NCBI GenBank assembly: GCA_030704615.1
Contig: CM060731.1
Span: 66,030,001 to 66,094,000 of the forward strand
Reading direction: 5' to 3'
DNA length: 64,000 nt
Origin: Takakia lepidozioides
Lineage: Eukaryota; Plantae; Bryophyta
The translations under genes were made by a program, and so were the position numbers. Below are positions 48,823-62,943 of this stretch, piece by piece (the first letter of the stretch is position 1; the number at the start of each line of letters is the position of its first letter). Under the pieces are notes generated by a model. The model ran no database searches. It saw only the letters and a program-made list of their open reading frames with translations, and had not been told where the DNA came from.

Positions 48823-51072
48823 ATGTACTCTAGGCCAGTGTGACAGGGTGTATGGTGAAGTTGCTACTGAGTGGTGGACGCCCGAGGGGATTACATTCCT
48901 TCGACATACAATCTCCTATCCAAGATCCTGCATTGCAAGCACCAACTGAAGCTTTGATAATATCCAGCACCAAATTAGGAGGGACCTGCAACAGTATCTG
49001 GCCCTGTACCTTAGAGCAGATTATATTTCCCTGTCCCTCCACTGCACTAATTCGTATTCCAGTCTTCAAAATGTCCCATGAATTCCTGTACTATAACTCC
49101 ACACTTTTGGCTGAAATCTGCTGATGCTGGTTAAAGGAACTCCCGATGTGATGTAGAACGACAAGAGTCAAGCTGCGTGTTAGCGTGTATTGCATCTTTC
49201 TCACAAACAGGGAGGTTGCTGCAGGATATGTCAGTGGAAGATTAGACTAGGATAATATCAGTTGCACCTTTCACATTCTTTCCCAAGCATTGAAGTTGAA
49301 GAACTTTGCTCAAACCATACATGGGATCAGACATCATATTTTACTTTTGAAAGTGTTTTTCTGAACACTCCCTATTGAGGCAGAATGCAGCATGGTATTG
49401 CTGGCATCCATAGCATCCACACTTTGTGCCAAGGTCATGTGTGTAACTCATGCAGAATTTGGCTGTGATGCATGGCCACCTCATTTTGTGTCTTGAAAAG
49501 GGAGCCACCTTTCACATTTTTTGTGTTGAACGTGAAGCTAGTCATGCAAAGCATTGTCACCTTCTCTCCTAATCCATGTTCTTAGAACCAACCATACCAG
49601 AATGTTATAGGTGTTTCATTTGCTTGAAGTTTTCGTTTAATACCTGATAGAGCTAATCCTGGTTCTCGTTCTCCTCGTGATGGACCTGGAAGGGGGAATG
49701 GCGTATTACCAAGTCAATAGATGGCTTCTGCTGTAGGAGTCCTCATGAAGTGGGCAATACTTAAAAGAGAAGCTTCCTGAGGAGAGAAAATCAAAATGCT
49801 CTACGCACCATGTGGTTGTAGTGGTTGGATGGAAGAAAATTGTCAGTAGCTCAATTAATAAAACCAGATTTGGTATCTCAAGCTATTCCAGTTCTTTTGG
49901 TACTCAAGAAGTGACTCTATGTCTTGACCCAATGCTCTGGAGGAGTGACAATGTTAAGCAAAATCGACCTCGAGCTTGTGTACTAAAAGATTTAGATGAT
50001 AATTTCAAAATCTGCAAGTTCTGCAATAGGTTGGATACCAAAGAATTAAAAATAGTCTTACTTGACAGCATGGGTCAAGCAGACTGAGAAAAGTGCTGCA
50101 AATGAACTAAACAGCAGTACTGAAGTTTGTGCAAGCATTCCTGCATGGGTCAGCACCACTGCAGAGCTTCATGTCCAGATGCAGCAGATGATGGGGTTAG
50201 AAGGCAAAAATTTGTGCGGCCATGGACACGACCAAGTTATATGCGAATCAGAAGCGTACCTCCAGGGAACTTGCAGGAGGGACACTCATCGTCAAAGTGG
50301 CTGGGGTCGAAAAATGGACTGTTGAGAGGCATTACTCAATTTGGTATTGAGTCTCAGAGCTTTTATTGAGAGGCTCCCTAGGGTAGAGTGTGACAAATGC
50401 CTTTCTCCACTTGACGCTTTCCCAGAATGGATCAAGATGATTGAAAAGGAAGCGCACTACACTCCACTTGCAAGGCATATCTTTGCATGAGCAAGTGACA
50501 CTCTCTCTTCAACTCTATAACTTAAGATATGGTTGTGCGGCAGCACGAGACAGAAGTTCTTGTGGTGTACAGACAAGTAACCTATTTGCTCCCTCCAAAT
50601 ACTAACCCACCTAACAGGAGTTGGTTCATGGCTCAGTCGTGAGGCTGCCACCGCATATGCACAGCTTCAATGAAGTCCCCAGTCTAATACGACTTGTTGC
50701 CTCTGTACCCTTGCCCTTGCTGACTTCAACATCCTTTTTCTAGCAGGGTGAAGCACTACACATTCACTGCCTGGTCCAGACATCTGCATCCCTGGGCCTC
50801 CTGGTTCGTAGATGCATAATGCATTTCTGGTTTTCTTGCCAGAAAGCAATACTGTGAATATTTTCAGATTGCAGATTTGTCTTATCCACTTCCTGATATT
50901 GACCTACCAATAATTGGCCAGACTGGACTCCTGGCTCAAGTCCAACTTCCCTTGTAACACCACTGATGGAATCTGTTTCTCTGCTCTACACATCCCTGTT
51001 GTAAGAGACAATACATTGTGAGATTGTGTTAAGGGAACTACCTGAAGGCAAGGTTTGAGTAGCGAACTGGCT

Positions 51073-54000
51073 TCAGATTTTGCTAATGCTTGCTGTGTGC
51101 TGGCCAACTGTGAGGCCTGATTTGCCGTCTGTCCTTAATAACCCACTATCTGCATCAAAACTTGAACAATAACGGTCATCAGCAGCTCCCCCCCGCAGCC
51201 TTTTCACCTGCTGCATAGACTCCGTTTCTTGTACTATGGCCCCCCCTGTTGGTATTTCATTGCTGTGAGTGCCCTCTGGAATGGTCCCCGTTTCTGCCTG
51301 CGTCTGTCCCTGGCTAGCCTCCTGTGGCGCTCTTCGTGTTGAGAGATCATTATCAGCACCTGATGATGCATGTAGATCAGGGTTGTCATCTTCCACACTT
51401 GAGCTGTTTCCTGCTCCTCGAAACTCTTCCTGTGATTTTGCTGATGCATCCAAGACACCAGCAGGTCTGTGGGTGTGTTCCGAAGGAGCTCCTTCCAAGC
51501 ATGTCCCATCTGCCTTTGGCAAGGTCCCCTCTTCCACATCAGACCCTGTTCTTACACACTTCAGAGACTCATCCCGCTCTTGATCGGAGATAGAGTCTGA
51601 CACTCGGCTGTTTTCTCCCGACAGTTTGTGTCCAATTTCAGGACTTGTGGATACATACCCTTGTTGTTTGGGTCCCTTGCTATCCTGATGGTTGGAAAGC
51701 TTGCTGCCTTCTACAGTGGTGCTAATCTCTGCAGATGTATGAAAGCTACCCCTACTCCACCTATCGACACTTAAGAGTTGCGGATGTATCCCTGATTCAC
51801 CTGCACTCCCTCCCACCCCTCCTTCACCAACGGGTGGAATGCCTCCAAAAGCTGGAGATGAAACACCTACAAGCTGGGGGGGGTTAATTACTTTTCCCAC
51901 GCCGGTCTCCCCTGACCCAGACCCGTCACTGTGATCCCCCTCGTCAATCCCATCACCAAATTGTCCTTGACCAGAAGGACCTGCAGCAGGTCTCCCTTTG
52001 CCACCAGGACTGCACCTTTCAAATCTACTGCCAGCTGTCCCACCCCTTGGTCTCCCTCCACCATGAGGCAAACTTTCATCTCTTTCCCTCTTCCCACCAA
52101 CTCGAAGACCCCGTCCTGCAACTCCTCTAGTGCTGCCACCAACATGATCAGAATGACCCCTGCTTGCTTCCCCCTGTCTTTCATCATGCTCCTTGGACGA
52201 TCCAGCAACCTCCTCATCACTGGAAGCACTTGAGAGTCGATCAGGACATGCTTTGTGCCCTTGGTCCTTTTCAGGAGAGACCAACTTCAGCTCCATTGTT
52301 GTTCCATCCTGTCGAAGAACAAGCTTGGGAGGTCTCTTAAAGGGTGGTTTTGGGGGTGGCACAATTGAGAATGGAGAGAACGGAGGCCCGCTGTTATGGG
52401 AGGCCCAAGATGAACCTGAAAGGTCCTCCCGTATCCGGCGTAGACCATCAACATTGAATCCTAGTGATGGGGCTGCTGCAGCAGGGATGGCATAGACAGC
52501 ACCCTTTGGCGAATGGTATGCGTTTAGTTGCTGCCATGCCACCTGCTGCAGTGGCGGCGGCGGCGGAAATGGTGGGGCTGAATGTGAGTACCATGCTGCT
52601 CCCTTCATTGTCGGCACCATGAGGCCCGGTCCAGGTGTGAGGTGCCCATCATATGGGCGCAGCTGCACACCTAAAGCTGGAACTGCCGTTGGTGGCAACG
52701 AATAGCCTTGAGTGTAAACGGAAGGGGCAAAGCCTGGAGGGGGGCCTTCACCCTCTCTTACCACAGGAAAGAAAGGCATACCCTCATCAGCTTTGTAGGG
52801 GCCATTTGTGGGAGGAGGGGGCCTCATGGCAATGACAGGTCGGTATGCACCTTCTGGTCGATGAGGCCATACGCATTGCTGCTGCTCAAACCAAACATTG
52901 TCGCCCCTCACCTCCTCCTGCAGTGGTCGTTGCGGCAAAATTGCTGTTCCAGAACCCTGCCATTCCCAGGGCACAGCATGTCATTTTGGCCTTGTCCTCA
53001 AACTTCCAACATACAGACCCAAGCTTGAAGCATAATCCAATGACCACCTAACCCCAAGGAGACTTACTAACCCCACTGTACACCACAATCAGAAATCGAT
53101 ACAATAGGTAGAGTCAATTGGTAATGTTGCTGTTGCAACCAAGCAACTCCAAGTAAGTTTGGCTTTTGAGAGCTTAACACAATAGCAGGGTTGAATCCTG
53201 GGTTTAATTAAGGAAGAAATGATTTAGCTCCAGTTCACAACACCCTCCTTCCCAGCTCTGTAAAGCAAGTAGAGAAAAAGCAGGAGAAGAGAGGATTTAC
53301 CTGGCCTATCCAAGGGGCTGGATGATGCAGAGGTTTGTCCTCTACCTCCAGTTGCAGTGAATGGCGTTCTTTCTTCCTGGTGGTCTCCCCAGGTTGCCAA
53401 TCCCCACTTGCAATTTCGTCTGTCCTTCTCTCCACAGTCTGTCCCCACAACCCACCCAGAAAACTTTGAGTTGCCATGGTTGGTGTGGGGCGAAAAGGAG
53501 CCTCTCTCACAGGAACTTCTGTTCTCGAGTCAGTAGCATGCAAATCTTCGGGCCGGGCCCGCTTGATGGAATGCTTGGCCCAGCCCGGGCTCTGCTGTAC
53601 CTGCACATCCTCCATCTCCACCTCGCTGCCACCCTGTCCTGCTGCATCCTCTTCGTCCTCTTCGTCCATGTTCTCTTCAGGTGGACGCTCCAGGTCAAAA
53701 GTTCGCCGTTTTAACCTTCTACTCCCATCTCGGCTGGACTGTCCTTTCATCCTGTCTTCCACCATGCTACTTGCAACTCCTGCTTTCTCAGTGATTTCTT
53801 CATGGTTTGAAGTTGAACCCTCATATTCCTTTTCCAAAGAAGGTGCTTGCATGGTTGTGGATGAATTTGTACTATTGATATTGGATTGGCAAGGTGTTGC
53901 ATCACTGTCATTAGTATCTTTCTTCTTTAACTCGGACATAAGAAACATCTGAACTTTGTACACTCTATGCAGCTCCTGCACCTGTTATCCAAGTAGAACA

Positions 54001-54805
54001 GATACCTTTTCAGCACAAAGAAGAGTCAGAGAACAGGAGGTCAGCAGTCGACAGTGTCTGCAGCTATAATCTGTCTGTTCTCTCAGAACCAGTCAAACAG
54101 ACTCATGGCCTTGTGTCTACAGCTATTCATTCCCTACTGAAAGCCGGCCGTAAGCACAACTTCAGAGGTTGACAGCCCTTGCAGTGCCCTCGTCACATAC
54201 ACCATTTGCAACCTCTCAGACCATCTTGATGGGAATACCTTGTCTTCCTGGCAGAAAATGCCAACTGCAATTTATACCGAAGAATAGAAGCATGGGAATC
54301 TGAAACACAGTTAGGGGAGCTGCTTGTCCTGATAGATTTTGTACCCCTATACTGCATGGCGATGGATGCACGTGTGCAGCTGCCCCAACAAGACCCCAGC
54401 TGGTTCACAGTACCTGCTCGCGAAATAGGGCATCCTGCTGCAGCATGGTGTGGCGTACGTGCTCGGGAAGTGGCTGCTCTGTGTCTTCACAGTTGCCATC
54501 ATCCTTTGTGGACTGTGGTTCCTTGGCACCAGTCTTGCATGTTGACAACGTGCACTTCTGAAAGTCTTCTACACTTGGTGTCTGCAAGCCATTACTTCCA
54601 AGGCATCACTGACTGCACAAAACAAGTTTGGACAAATACTAAAAGTGTCCACATATGAGACTTGAGAGAGTGGGAGGGTGACCACCTCATGGTGGTAAGG
54701 ATCTTGTTTTCTGGCATCTTCCTTGCAGGGGCCCACGCCAGGGTGTTGCAGCCTGTTGAAAGGTCTGTTGGGGCTCCTGCTCTGCTGCGCCGGCACACAG
54801 CCCAT
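51073..54805 (-). CDS. DUF863-like plant protein (multi-exon; 5' and 3' ends uncertain)
   Basis: Exons ~54581-54414, 53981-53301 and 52956-51073 join in phase 0. They give VRHTMLQQDALFREQ|VQELHRVYKVQMFLMSELKK and RRTFDLERPPEE, resembling the DUF863 N-terminal motifs, followed by a long disordered region. Candidate ATG at 54805. Confidence 0.65.
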
Positions 54806-56565
54806 ATCATCCTCCAATGAGTGGTCATTGAGCAATGGCCGGCTTACTGACCAGCTTGGGACCTGCACCCAGTACCAATCAGGGGCTATTCTCGTCATTA
54901 CTGAACAAAGACACAGGTGTGAAGACCCACGAAGGAGTCTGCGAACAAAGTGTAACACTTCGGTGGAGCAAGTGTAACGGACAGCATCTCACAGCTACCA
55001 GCCAGTAGGACCAGAATCCAATATTGGAAGTCAAAGAAGCTTTCTACCCTGTTCTGTCATCCTCCTGTCCTCCACTATTCCACGAACTCCTGACCTTCCC
55101 ACCCCCTCTATCTTTCATTTCATGTGTACCTCTCTTCACCTTCTCCCGCACAACTTCGATAACCACCACCCCCCATCCCCCCCCCCCTTGCATAGGCAAT
55201 CAATGGCAACAATGTACCACAGTCATGACAGCCAGGCGGATGCTGAAAGGGGAACGGGGAGAGATAATTGACCTCTTGCACATCGGAGGCCTTGTTAAAG
55301 TTGAAACCTCCTGGAAACAAGACAGCCAAGGCGTGCTCTCCGGGGTGGCCTGAGTCTCCAATCGCCCTCAATCCTCCACCACCTGCCGATGCCTGCAGTC
55401 CTTCTAAGACGTCCCCTTTGCTGGACTCGTGACACTTCCCTCCCTTCATTTCACTTACTATTCGATTCACCCTCTGCTAATCTGATCCTCGCACCATTTC
55501 CCAGCCTTCACTCTGAAACACTTTAGCCCCAAAGCTCTGCAAAGCCTAGGTAGGCTCAGACGGCAAGTGACACCTTTGAATCCCGCGCAGCATTGAATGC
55601 AAGAACGTGCTTGGATTTGCTTGATCCTCCTGGACAAGACATGTAATCCCGAGCACTATCACATTGCAAGGACGAGTCTCACTAGCACACGGCCAAGTCT
55701 CACAGGCCATGTGCATTCTTCCCAAGTAACCAAAAAAAAAAAAAAATGCTTCTCCAAGTCCGATCCTCCAGCCGACCTCGGAGGAAGGCCTGCTACACCT
55801 ACGGCATCTAATCTGACAAAGGGATCACAAGAGATTCTCACTGATGAACGATCTCAGTGAAATCTTCTACTCCAACTCTACAACACAAGACGAAAGTGTT
55901 CTGTTCTGTGTGTCAGACGGTGACACAAGCTCTCCGGAGAAAAGCAACAGATTGATGAGTGTTGACAACCGCAAATCCCTTCACCTAATCCGCAGGCAGA
56001 CATAACTTTCTTCACCTACTCCATCTGCTGCTCGCCCTGCACGATTCCCTCACACCTCTGTCTGCAGATCATTCCATCAGGCTCGAGCACAAACCCTAAT
56101 CAGGATTCACGGCCCGATTAATCTCAAATCTTTATCGCGCAGCTTATTCGCGCGCACTCAGTCGTCAGCAGCGTGGGCGCGCCCGCTTGATTCGCGCAAC
56201 ACGATAAGCCCACCACCCCTCTCCCATTGGTCCAGAACCTTGCAAAAGCGATCTTCCCCGCCCCACGTGGCGCCGCGGAGAAGACATGCGCGAGCAAATA
56301 TCTGCACTTCGACGCAGACGTGGTGCGCCGTGATTCGCTTCCTGGGCCCCACCCCCCCGCCTCCTCCCCGCACTTTTGCTGCCATGATCTGCGATGCTGC
56401 ACTTTCGCTCGCTGATCATTTCTCTGCCACCCCGTACATTGCAATGCGGCTGCCAGGCTTCGAACCCACGATCGCAGTCATACCTTTCTCATATTTTGGA
56501 GAATACATTCCTTGTTTTAGGGCTGAGACGGGACTCGGACCCAGGCTGGGCCGTGACATCCTCGT

Positions 56566-56763
56566 GTGTAGGTGTTTGCTTTTGGGTTGTTTCTGGAGGG
56601 CCCGGGTTCGAAATCTGTCTCGCACAAAATCTCGTATCCAGGCCGACAGCCTTGACGGGATTCGAACCCTTGCTCGTGACGGCAGTGGATCGCGTCCAAT
56701 CGGGTGTAGGTATTTTGTTTTTGGGTTGTGTCTGGAGGGCCCGGGTTCGAATCCTTTCTCGCA
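56566..56763. repeat. Two ~60-bp direct repeats with Pol III B-box-like cores
   Basis: gtgtaggt...tttgggttgt-tctggagggcccgggttcgaa-...tctcgca at 56566-56623 and 56704-56763. Confidence 0.75.
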
Positions 56764-59700
56764 TGACATGTCACATCCGAGCCGACATCTGTGAGTGGGG
56801 CAGGGGGGGATTTCCTTACTTTTAAAAAGAGGGGGTCCACCTATCTATTTTGTTTTTGTTGTCGTTACCCAATCGGTTATGTCCGCATGGCCAGGGTATT
56901 TTGTCCATTAATATGATTTAAAGGGCCTTTGTCCCCTTTTGAAAGAGGATAGTGTTGATGAGTCCTTTTTGGATGGGCTTATCTCTCTTTTTTTTGAAAT
57001 TAAAAAAAAAAAAGGGAATTGTCTCCCAGGTGTAAAAGAAAAAAAATAAAAATTTGTCCCTTCTTATTGTGGTCACGGGTTCGACCCTCACCTTCTGGTG
57101 TAATGGCTTTATTGCCGCTCTGGGTTTAAAAAAACAAAATTATAATGAACAGGGGATATTGGCCCTGAGGAACTTTATGGGAAACTATTTGAAGGGAAAA
57201 ATTAAACCCTTCCATGCCCATAGGCTGCCATAAGGCCTGCCGCTCGGTTTTTATTGCTTCCCTCCTATCAATAAATCTCAGATTTTCAAAAAAAACCCCT
57301 AGAAACGACTCCATCGCATACCGGTAGTCGGGATTTGTAACCCACACTTTTGCTCCGGGTATTGCCATCTGATGGGCTTTTGCTGTGAGCCTGTGGCACT
57401 TGATCCGGACGTAATTCTTTCTATTCAACCTTGGTTATTTTTTGTTGGCAAGCAACTTATGGCCAGCTGAAAAAGCTGATATTTAATAAAGTGGTTTTTC
57501 CCCAAAAAAACAACAAAAAAAAACCACTGTTACTACTTTATGGGTTTCCAAGAATGAAATAAAACTTTGGTCCATTATCTATAAAGTATTGAGGCAAAAA
57601 AAGAAAAAGAAAAAGGAAAAAACGAACAAACCTTTCTTCGAATTGTCCATCACGGCCGTGTGGATTCGGGCCTTATGGCGGCCTTGGGGCCTGTAAGGGT
57701 TTTAAATTTTTTCCCTTCAATAATCTTATAAAGCTCTCAAGGGCTTCCTCCCCTTTTCCTTATTAAAAAGAAAATAATTGAAAAAAAACAAGCTGGCTAC
57801 ATTGGAGCTGAAAGCAACCTTGCAGAAAAATAAAATTAAGTGCATTTCCAGGCCCTGCTTCTTCCCCTGCTCTTATAAGAATAAAAGAAAATTCAATAAA
57901 GCTCTCAAGGGTTTCCTCACCTTTCTCAAAAAATAAAAATAAAAAATAAAAATAAAAAGTAAAATGGGCTGTGGTTTTGTAGCAGAGAAGATAATGCCTA
58001 TGCTTTTCCCAAAAAAAAAACCTTTAAAAAAAAAGGGGAACCAAAAGCCTTGCCAAAATTGCCGACAGGGAGTCTTCAACTCTGTCTGTCTTGTCTGTGT
58101 CTTATTTCTTCTGAAAAAGTCCATGGCATCCAGCGGATAAGCAAGAGAGAAGTAGGCTTGAGCAGTTCCGAGGTACATCCCGTGTGAACAAGTGTGGGTA
58201 CTTGAGCTGTGCACGAGCCCACATGTGGGCCTTAACTCTCTCATTACTAAACTCCCAAATCTCACAGCCCGCTCTACTTTGCTGATTTCACTAGATCTGG
58301 GATCCCAGCAGGAAACATGGGCACGCACATTGAGGAAGGGGTCCACGCAGAGAGGCTGGAGTACCTCGGATTTGAATGGAGTCTTCAGAGTCTTCACAAT
58401 CCGCAAATGCACGGTCCCACATTCCTAGAATCCACTTTGATGGGAGCCTATAGCCCAGGAATGCTACTACCGAATCCATCCATGCAGATTAGTGCTGTGT
58501 CCAACTAATGCCGCACGCTGCATATGCAGTCAGATTCCAGAGCGGACAAATTCGCCCCAGGAAAATAGGGTCCGTGTCCAGAAACCTGGCCCGCATGATT
58601 CCCGCCACTGTCATCAAGGCAGACCAGCAAGGTTGTGTGCATGCAGACTCTGTGAGTCACGCGAGTGACGACAAAGATCTCGTGAGACTAAAATACAGAA
58701 AGAAAAACCCAGAAAGGGATCTCGATCCGCAGGCTAGACTCGAAAGTATGGTCTACTGATCTTTTTTTGAAAAAATTTGTTATTTGGATACTAGGTAGAT
58801 CTTCGTCTGGATCACTACTATATGATAGACAAGTTGTTGCAATATCTACTTACCCAATGAGCGGAAAGAATGATGCTAATCCGTGAGAGGTGAGGTGAGG
58901 TGAGGTCCGTGGAAGTCTAGTCTACCAAGGGCGATCCTCTAGTAGATCTTCAATCTTTCCGGACTCCAGTTCCGAGATGTTACGGTCATTGATCATTGGG
59001 CGGAGCGACTGTGCAGTTGCATGTCATTGATCACCTCGGTACGGTGGGTGGTTTTAAGCTTTTATGCACGATAGCTTTTATGCATGGTTTATGTTTCAAG
59101 TTGAAACCGACAGTCAACTCTCTCAGTCTCTGACTGTACAAAGGGTCCTTTTAGTTGAATCGCATGTGACTCAGACAAAGCTAGCCTGGAGTAGCTTTCC
59201 ATCTTGAGAAGGGATGCAGACTCCAGAGCAAAGTCCGGATGGAATGACTTTCCCACGCTTGATATTTGTGGATTTCGATGTGCAGAGCAAATCTCTCTAG
59301 GGGCCAGCTCTTTGCCAGTTGGCTTTGCTTTGATTATTCCCCTGAGACGTGGTTCAAGCTTTGAAATCCTCTCTTTTATTGGACGTGTGCTCGTCTGCGC
59401 ATAAAGTTTGCGGAATGCTGCGCCCTCGTTTCATGGGTACGAGATGCGGAAGTTGCCTACTCATCTCCCGGTGAACTTTTAGTCTACTTTGTTTATGGAG
59501 GTGTACAGTGTACAGCTCCTGGTGTGGGCCCAGGAGCATACTCGATTCCCAACAGTAATGCCATGAGATTGCTGATTCCCACAAGAACTAAGGGGAAAGA
59601 AGAATCAACCATGTCACACCTCTGAGGACATACAAAATGTCGTCAGAACACAAATCTTCTCCCTTGACTAACACGCCATGTTTGCGTAAAGTAAACAGTA

Positions 59701-60520
59701 CCACTAGGAATCTTGAAGCTTGCTTACATTCTGGAATCGGTTGGCGGTTTGGCCGGGTCCCCAGTTCTCCTCTTTCAATTTTTGGAGCCTCTGATTTCAA
59801 TATCTACCTGTTGACTTCCTTGGCCGTCTTTTCCCATGAAGATCCCTCTTAACAACAGTTTTCATTGGAGATTTAGTTCCGATCTGAGGGTGGAAGGCCA
59901 GGCTGCACATGACATTAGCTGCCAGAGAAGAATCAGATTTCAGGTAGCTACCAGATCAAAGTAGTTGTAGAGTGAAAAAAAAATTCTTTCTAAGCAAAAG
60001 AGGGTCCTTCTAGACTTGCTTTCCAGCTCCTCCCAATCATAGAACTCATGTGGTTACTATCTGCCAAGAAGCAGTTTGAAAGAAAAATCATTCTTTCCTG
60101 CGCAGGAGGAAGAAACCCCATTGGTGAAATAAGTGGTCATGCAGAAGGCATTCACTGAGCGAAATCCACTCCTAGCAAGACTTATTTTGAAACCCCATGT
60201 TGCAACTTGGTGTCTTAGCCATCTACAGCGATAAACACATGTAGCGGGCATTAAATAGTTTAGTTTCTTGTGTGGCAAAAAGTTTGGAGTGTCAGCATGA
60301 TGTGCGTTGCTGAAAGATTGTGGGCTTGTCCTGGGCAATTCTTTTCAGGCTCCAAAGAGTCCACGAGGATGCTGTAGCATCCACTGTGATTTAGTCTCCA
60401 ATTGTGTATGTCAGCTTGAGGATGGACCCTTCACAAGGGAACCATCCATCATGTTCTTTTGGGGGGGAGGCTCAACCTCAAAGTTGGCACTTGACCAATA
60501 TGAAGCAGGTCCATTTGTGG

Positions 60521-62943
60521 TCATTTTTCCAAGCTTGAGCTACCCACTTTTGCTTTCAGATGTTGCATAATCATGGTAGCCAGCATGTCCACCCAAATGT
60601 CAGGCAGACCAGGGAGGCACCAATGTAAACAATCCTGGCCCCACACAGTCTGGGCATCTTTGCTCCCTAGCCAGATGGAAGGATGAGCATCAGCTCGGAA
60701 TTCACTCATCAAGGCCACGTCCAACAATTTCATGCTTGTAATGCCTTGCATGGCATGCTTGATCAAGTGATTTACCTCGCGCTCTTCACGGTTCACCCCT
60801 CCATTTGCAGGTTCAAACAACGCCTCCACCTACGGGGCACATGCTGCCTATAGTAACTTACCTTTTGAATACCATTACTGCTGTTCCAAAAACCTCAAGT
60901 GTCCAAACTGATTGCAGCTTCAGATGTAAATAACAGGGCACCCTTGATGTTGCTTATGACTCCCTCACACTACTCAACTTTTTCGACAGCAGATTCTTGA
61001 AAAGGCAATGAAGTTAAAGGTGGGTTTCATAACGACGCCAAACTACGTCACTCCACCAAGTTGAGGCAGTGGAGCAGACTGTGGCTTACCTACAGCTGGG
61101 CTATAGCATCATGAGAAAAAAGTGGTGCTGCATTTCCATTGGGGTAATCTCCTACAGATACAGCTCTAAGCTTTCAAATATGCTCTTTACCCTGGCCTTC
61201 CTTACCACATGAGATCCCCATATTGCACCAAAGAATTATGAATCTCCGATGATGAATCAAGGGTGCAGGCTGTACCTGGGTGCTGTTCAAAAGCAGGGAG
61301 CTAGTGCAGCTTCCATTCTGGTTCCAATCACCACCCTGAAAATGGCGAGGTGTTTGCAAGCGCCACACCTTCAACACAGTTGTTGGCACCTTGCGCTCAA
61401 TGTATTGCATGGTGCTCTCAAGAACTGCAGCCAATCCCTCTCGTAGGCCCAAAGGTGGCAGCACTGGCTTCCCTCCCTTGAAAAATAGCAGAGGCATTTC
61501 CTTAGGGAACTTGGCCTGTTCCCACCTGATCAGGCTCCACACCGACCAGACCAAATCATGCCTTGTACAGCTCTCTTCCACAAAACTCCACAGGCTTTGA
61601 AATCCAAGTCCAGCCTGTCTAACACCTCACCTCTAACATCTACATCAGCAGTGCCTTGCATCCTGATGCACCTTTTTTATCATTGAGATACAGGAAAGCC
61701 AAAATCCCCAAAAAATTAGGGAGCTCGCAAACTGGACTGAAACGAAGGAAAGCATGTGCAACATGCCAGTGGGAAAGGACTAATCACCAATGCCCAGTGT
61801 TGAAAACAAAAACATCATAGAAATCAATGGCATAAAGCCAATCAGCAGCTGGCCGATCAATATCCACGCGGTACCCTGTCTTGAAGCCTAGCTTCTCTAA
61901 CGGTCCACCGGGGTCCCCTGCCATCCATCTTCCTCCCAACAAGCACAGCTATCTGTCATTCTGCCTTCCTTCACTTACCTCTCCCAGAACTTTTTCTCAT
62001 GACTATAGAACACTCGGTATTCCTTCTCCCTCCTGCAACAACCATCTGGATAGAACTGGACCTATTACATCTAACATTACACAGACAACCAGATGATTAT
62101 TGAACTTTGCAAAACATTCAAGAGTGTAATACACGAACGCCCCACAAAATCAATAACGTCGTAGAAGCTACCTCATAACTTAGTGTGATCATTATGAAGA
62201 CTGCAAAGGATGCCTCAACAATTACGACGAGGGAGTTGGTATGTCTGTGACTAGGAGAGAGAATGAGAGCCTCACTTTTGATAGTCGGAAAGGAGCACAG
62301 CCCGATGGTATGCGACAGTCACATTGAAGCCTGGGAAGAATGCTCCTCTCCAAGCCCTTCTCCTCTTCCATCTCTTTGCTTTTCCATCAGCTGTGCTCAG
62401 TATACAAAGCAAAGAAATCATGAGATTTTCATTCAAAGAATCACCCACGAAGGCCAGTTTCATATTTCTCACGGTGCTTAGAAAAGAATAAGGTTCGATC
62501 CCAGGCAGACTGCAATGCTTCGGCACCCATCTCCATTGAGAAATCCTTTCCATCCCGGGTTTTTTGTTCTTCCCACAATTCCAGGCATTCCTCTGAAACA
62601 AACAATATTTGGAGTAGAGAGGCTTCCTGTAAGAATCCAACTTCCAGTGGCCCACACTAAAATCGCACGATGGGACCTCATTGCTCAGTTCCCTAGCTTG
62701 CTCCTCCTCACCTGGTCCACCGTCATCCCTGTGTTTCGATACCTTCCCTACGTTTTCCTCCCCGTCATCATCAACCCCAGGTTCCTCTGAAGATGCATCT
62801 TCCCAGGACGGGCCCTCTGCAGCCGCAGCAATTTCCACCTCAACAAACGGACTTGAGTAGGAAGTCGGGAGGAACCGCCGAAAGACGCCAGAACAGGAGA
62901 GTGCAAGTAGCAATAGGAGCACGGCAGCTGCAAGCGCCCGCAT
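60521..62943 (-). CDS. TBL12: Trichome birefringence-like (TBL/DUF231) O-acetyltransferase, TBL12-like (4 exons, ~455 aa)
   Basis: Exons 62943-62276, 61928-61788, 61525-61276 and 60829-60521 join in frame (1368 nt). N-terminal hydrophobic anchor, CDFSVGHW, FVGDSLNEN, FNTGHWW, DCLHWCLPGLPDIW. Confidence 0.92.

Noticed and set aside
53900-54460. ELF3 orthologue (QVxELHR motif)
   Set aside because: The context TMLQQDALFREQV...LMSELKK plus FDLERP fits DUF863-like proteins better, and the other ELF3 blocks are not seen.
56456-56763. tRNA genes
   Set aside because: Only T-loop/B-box-like cores are present; no acceptor, D or anticodon stems could be built.
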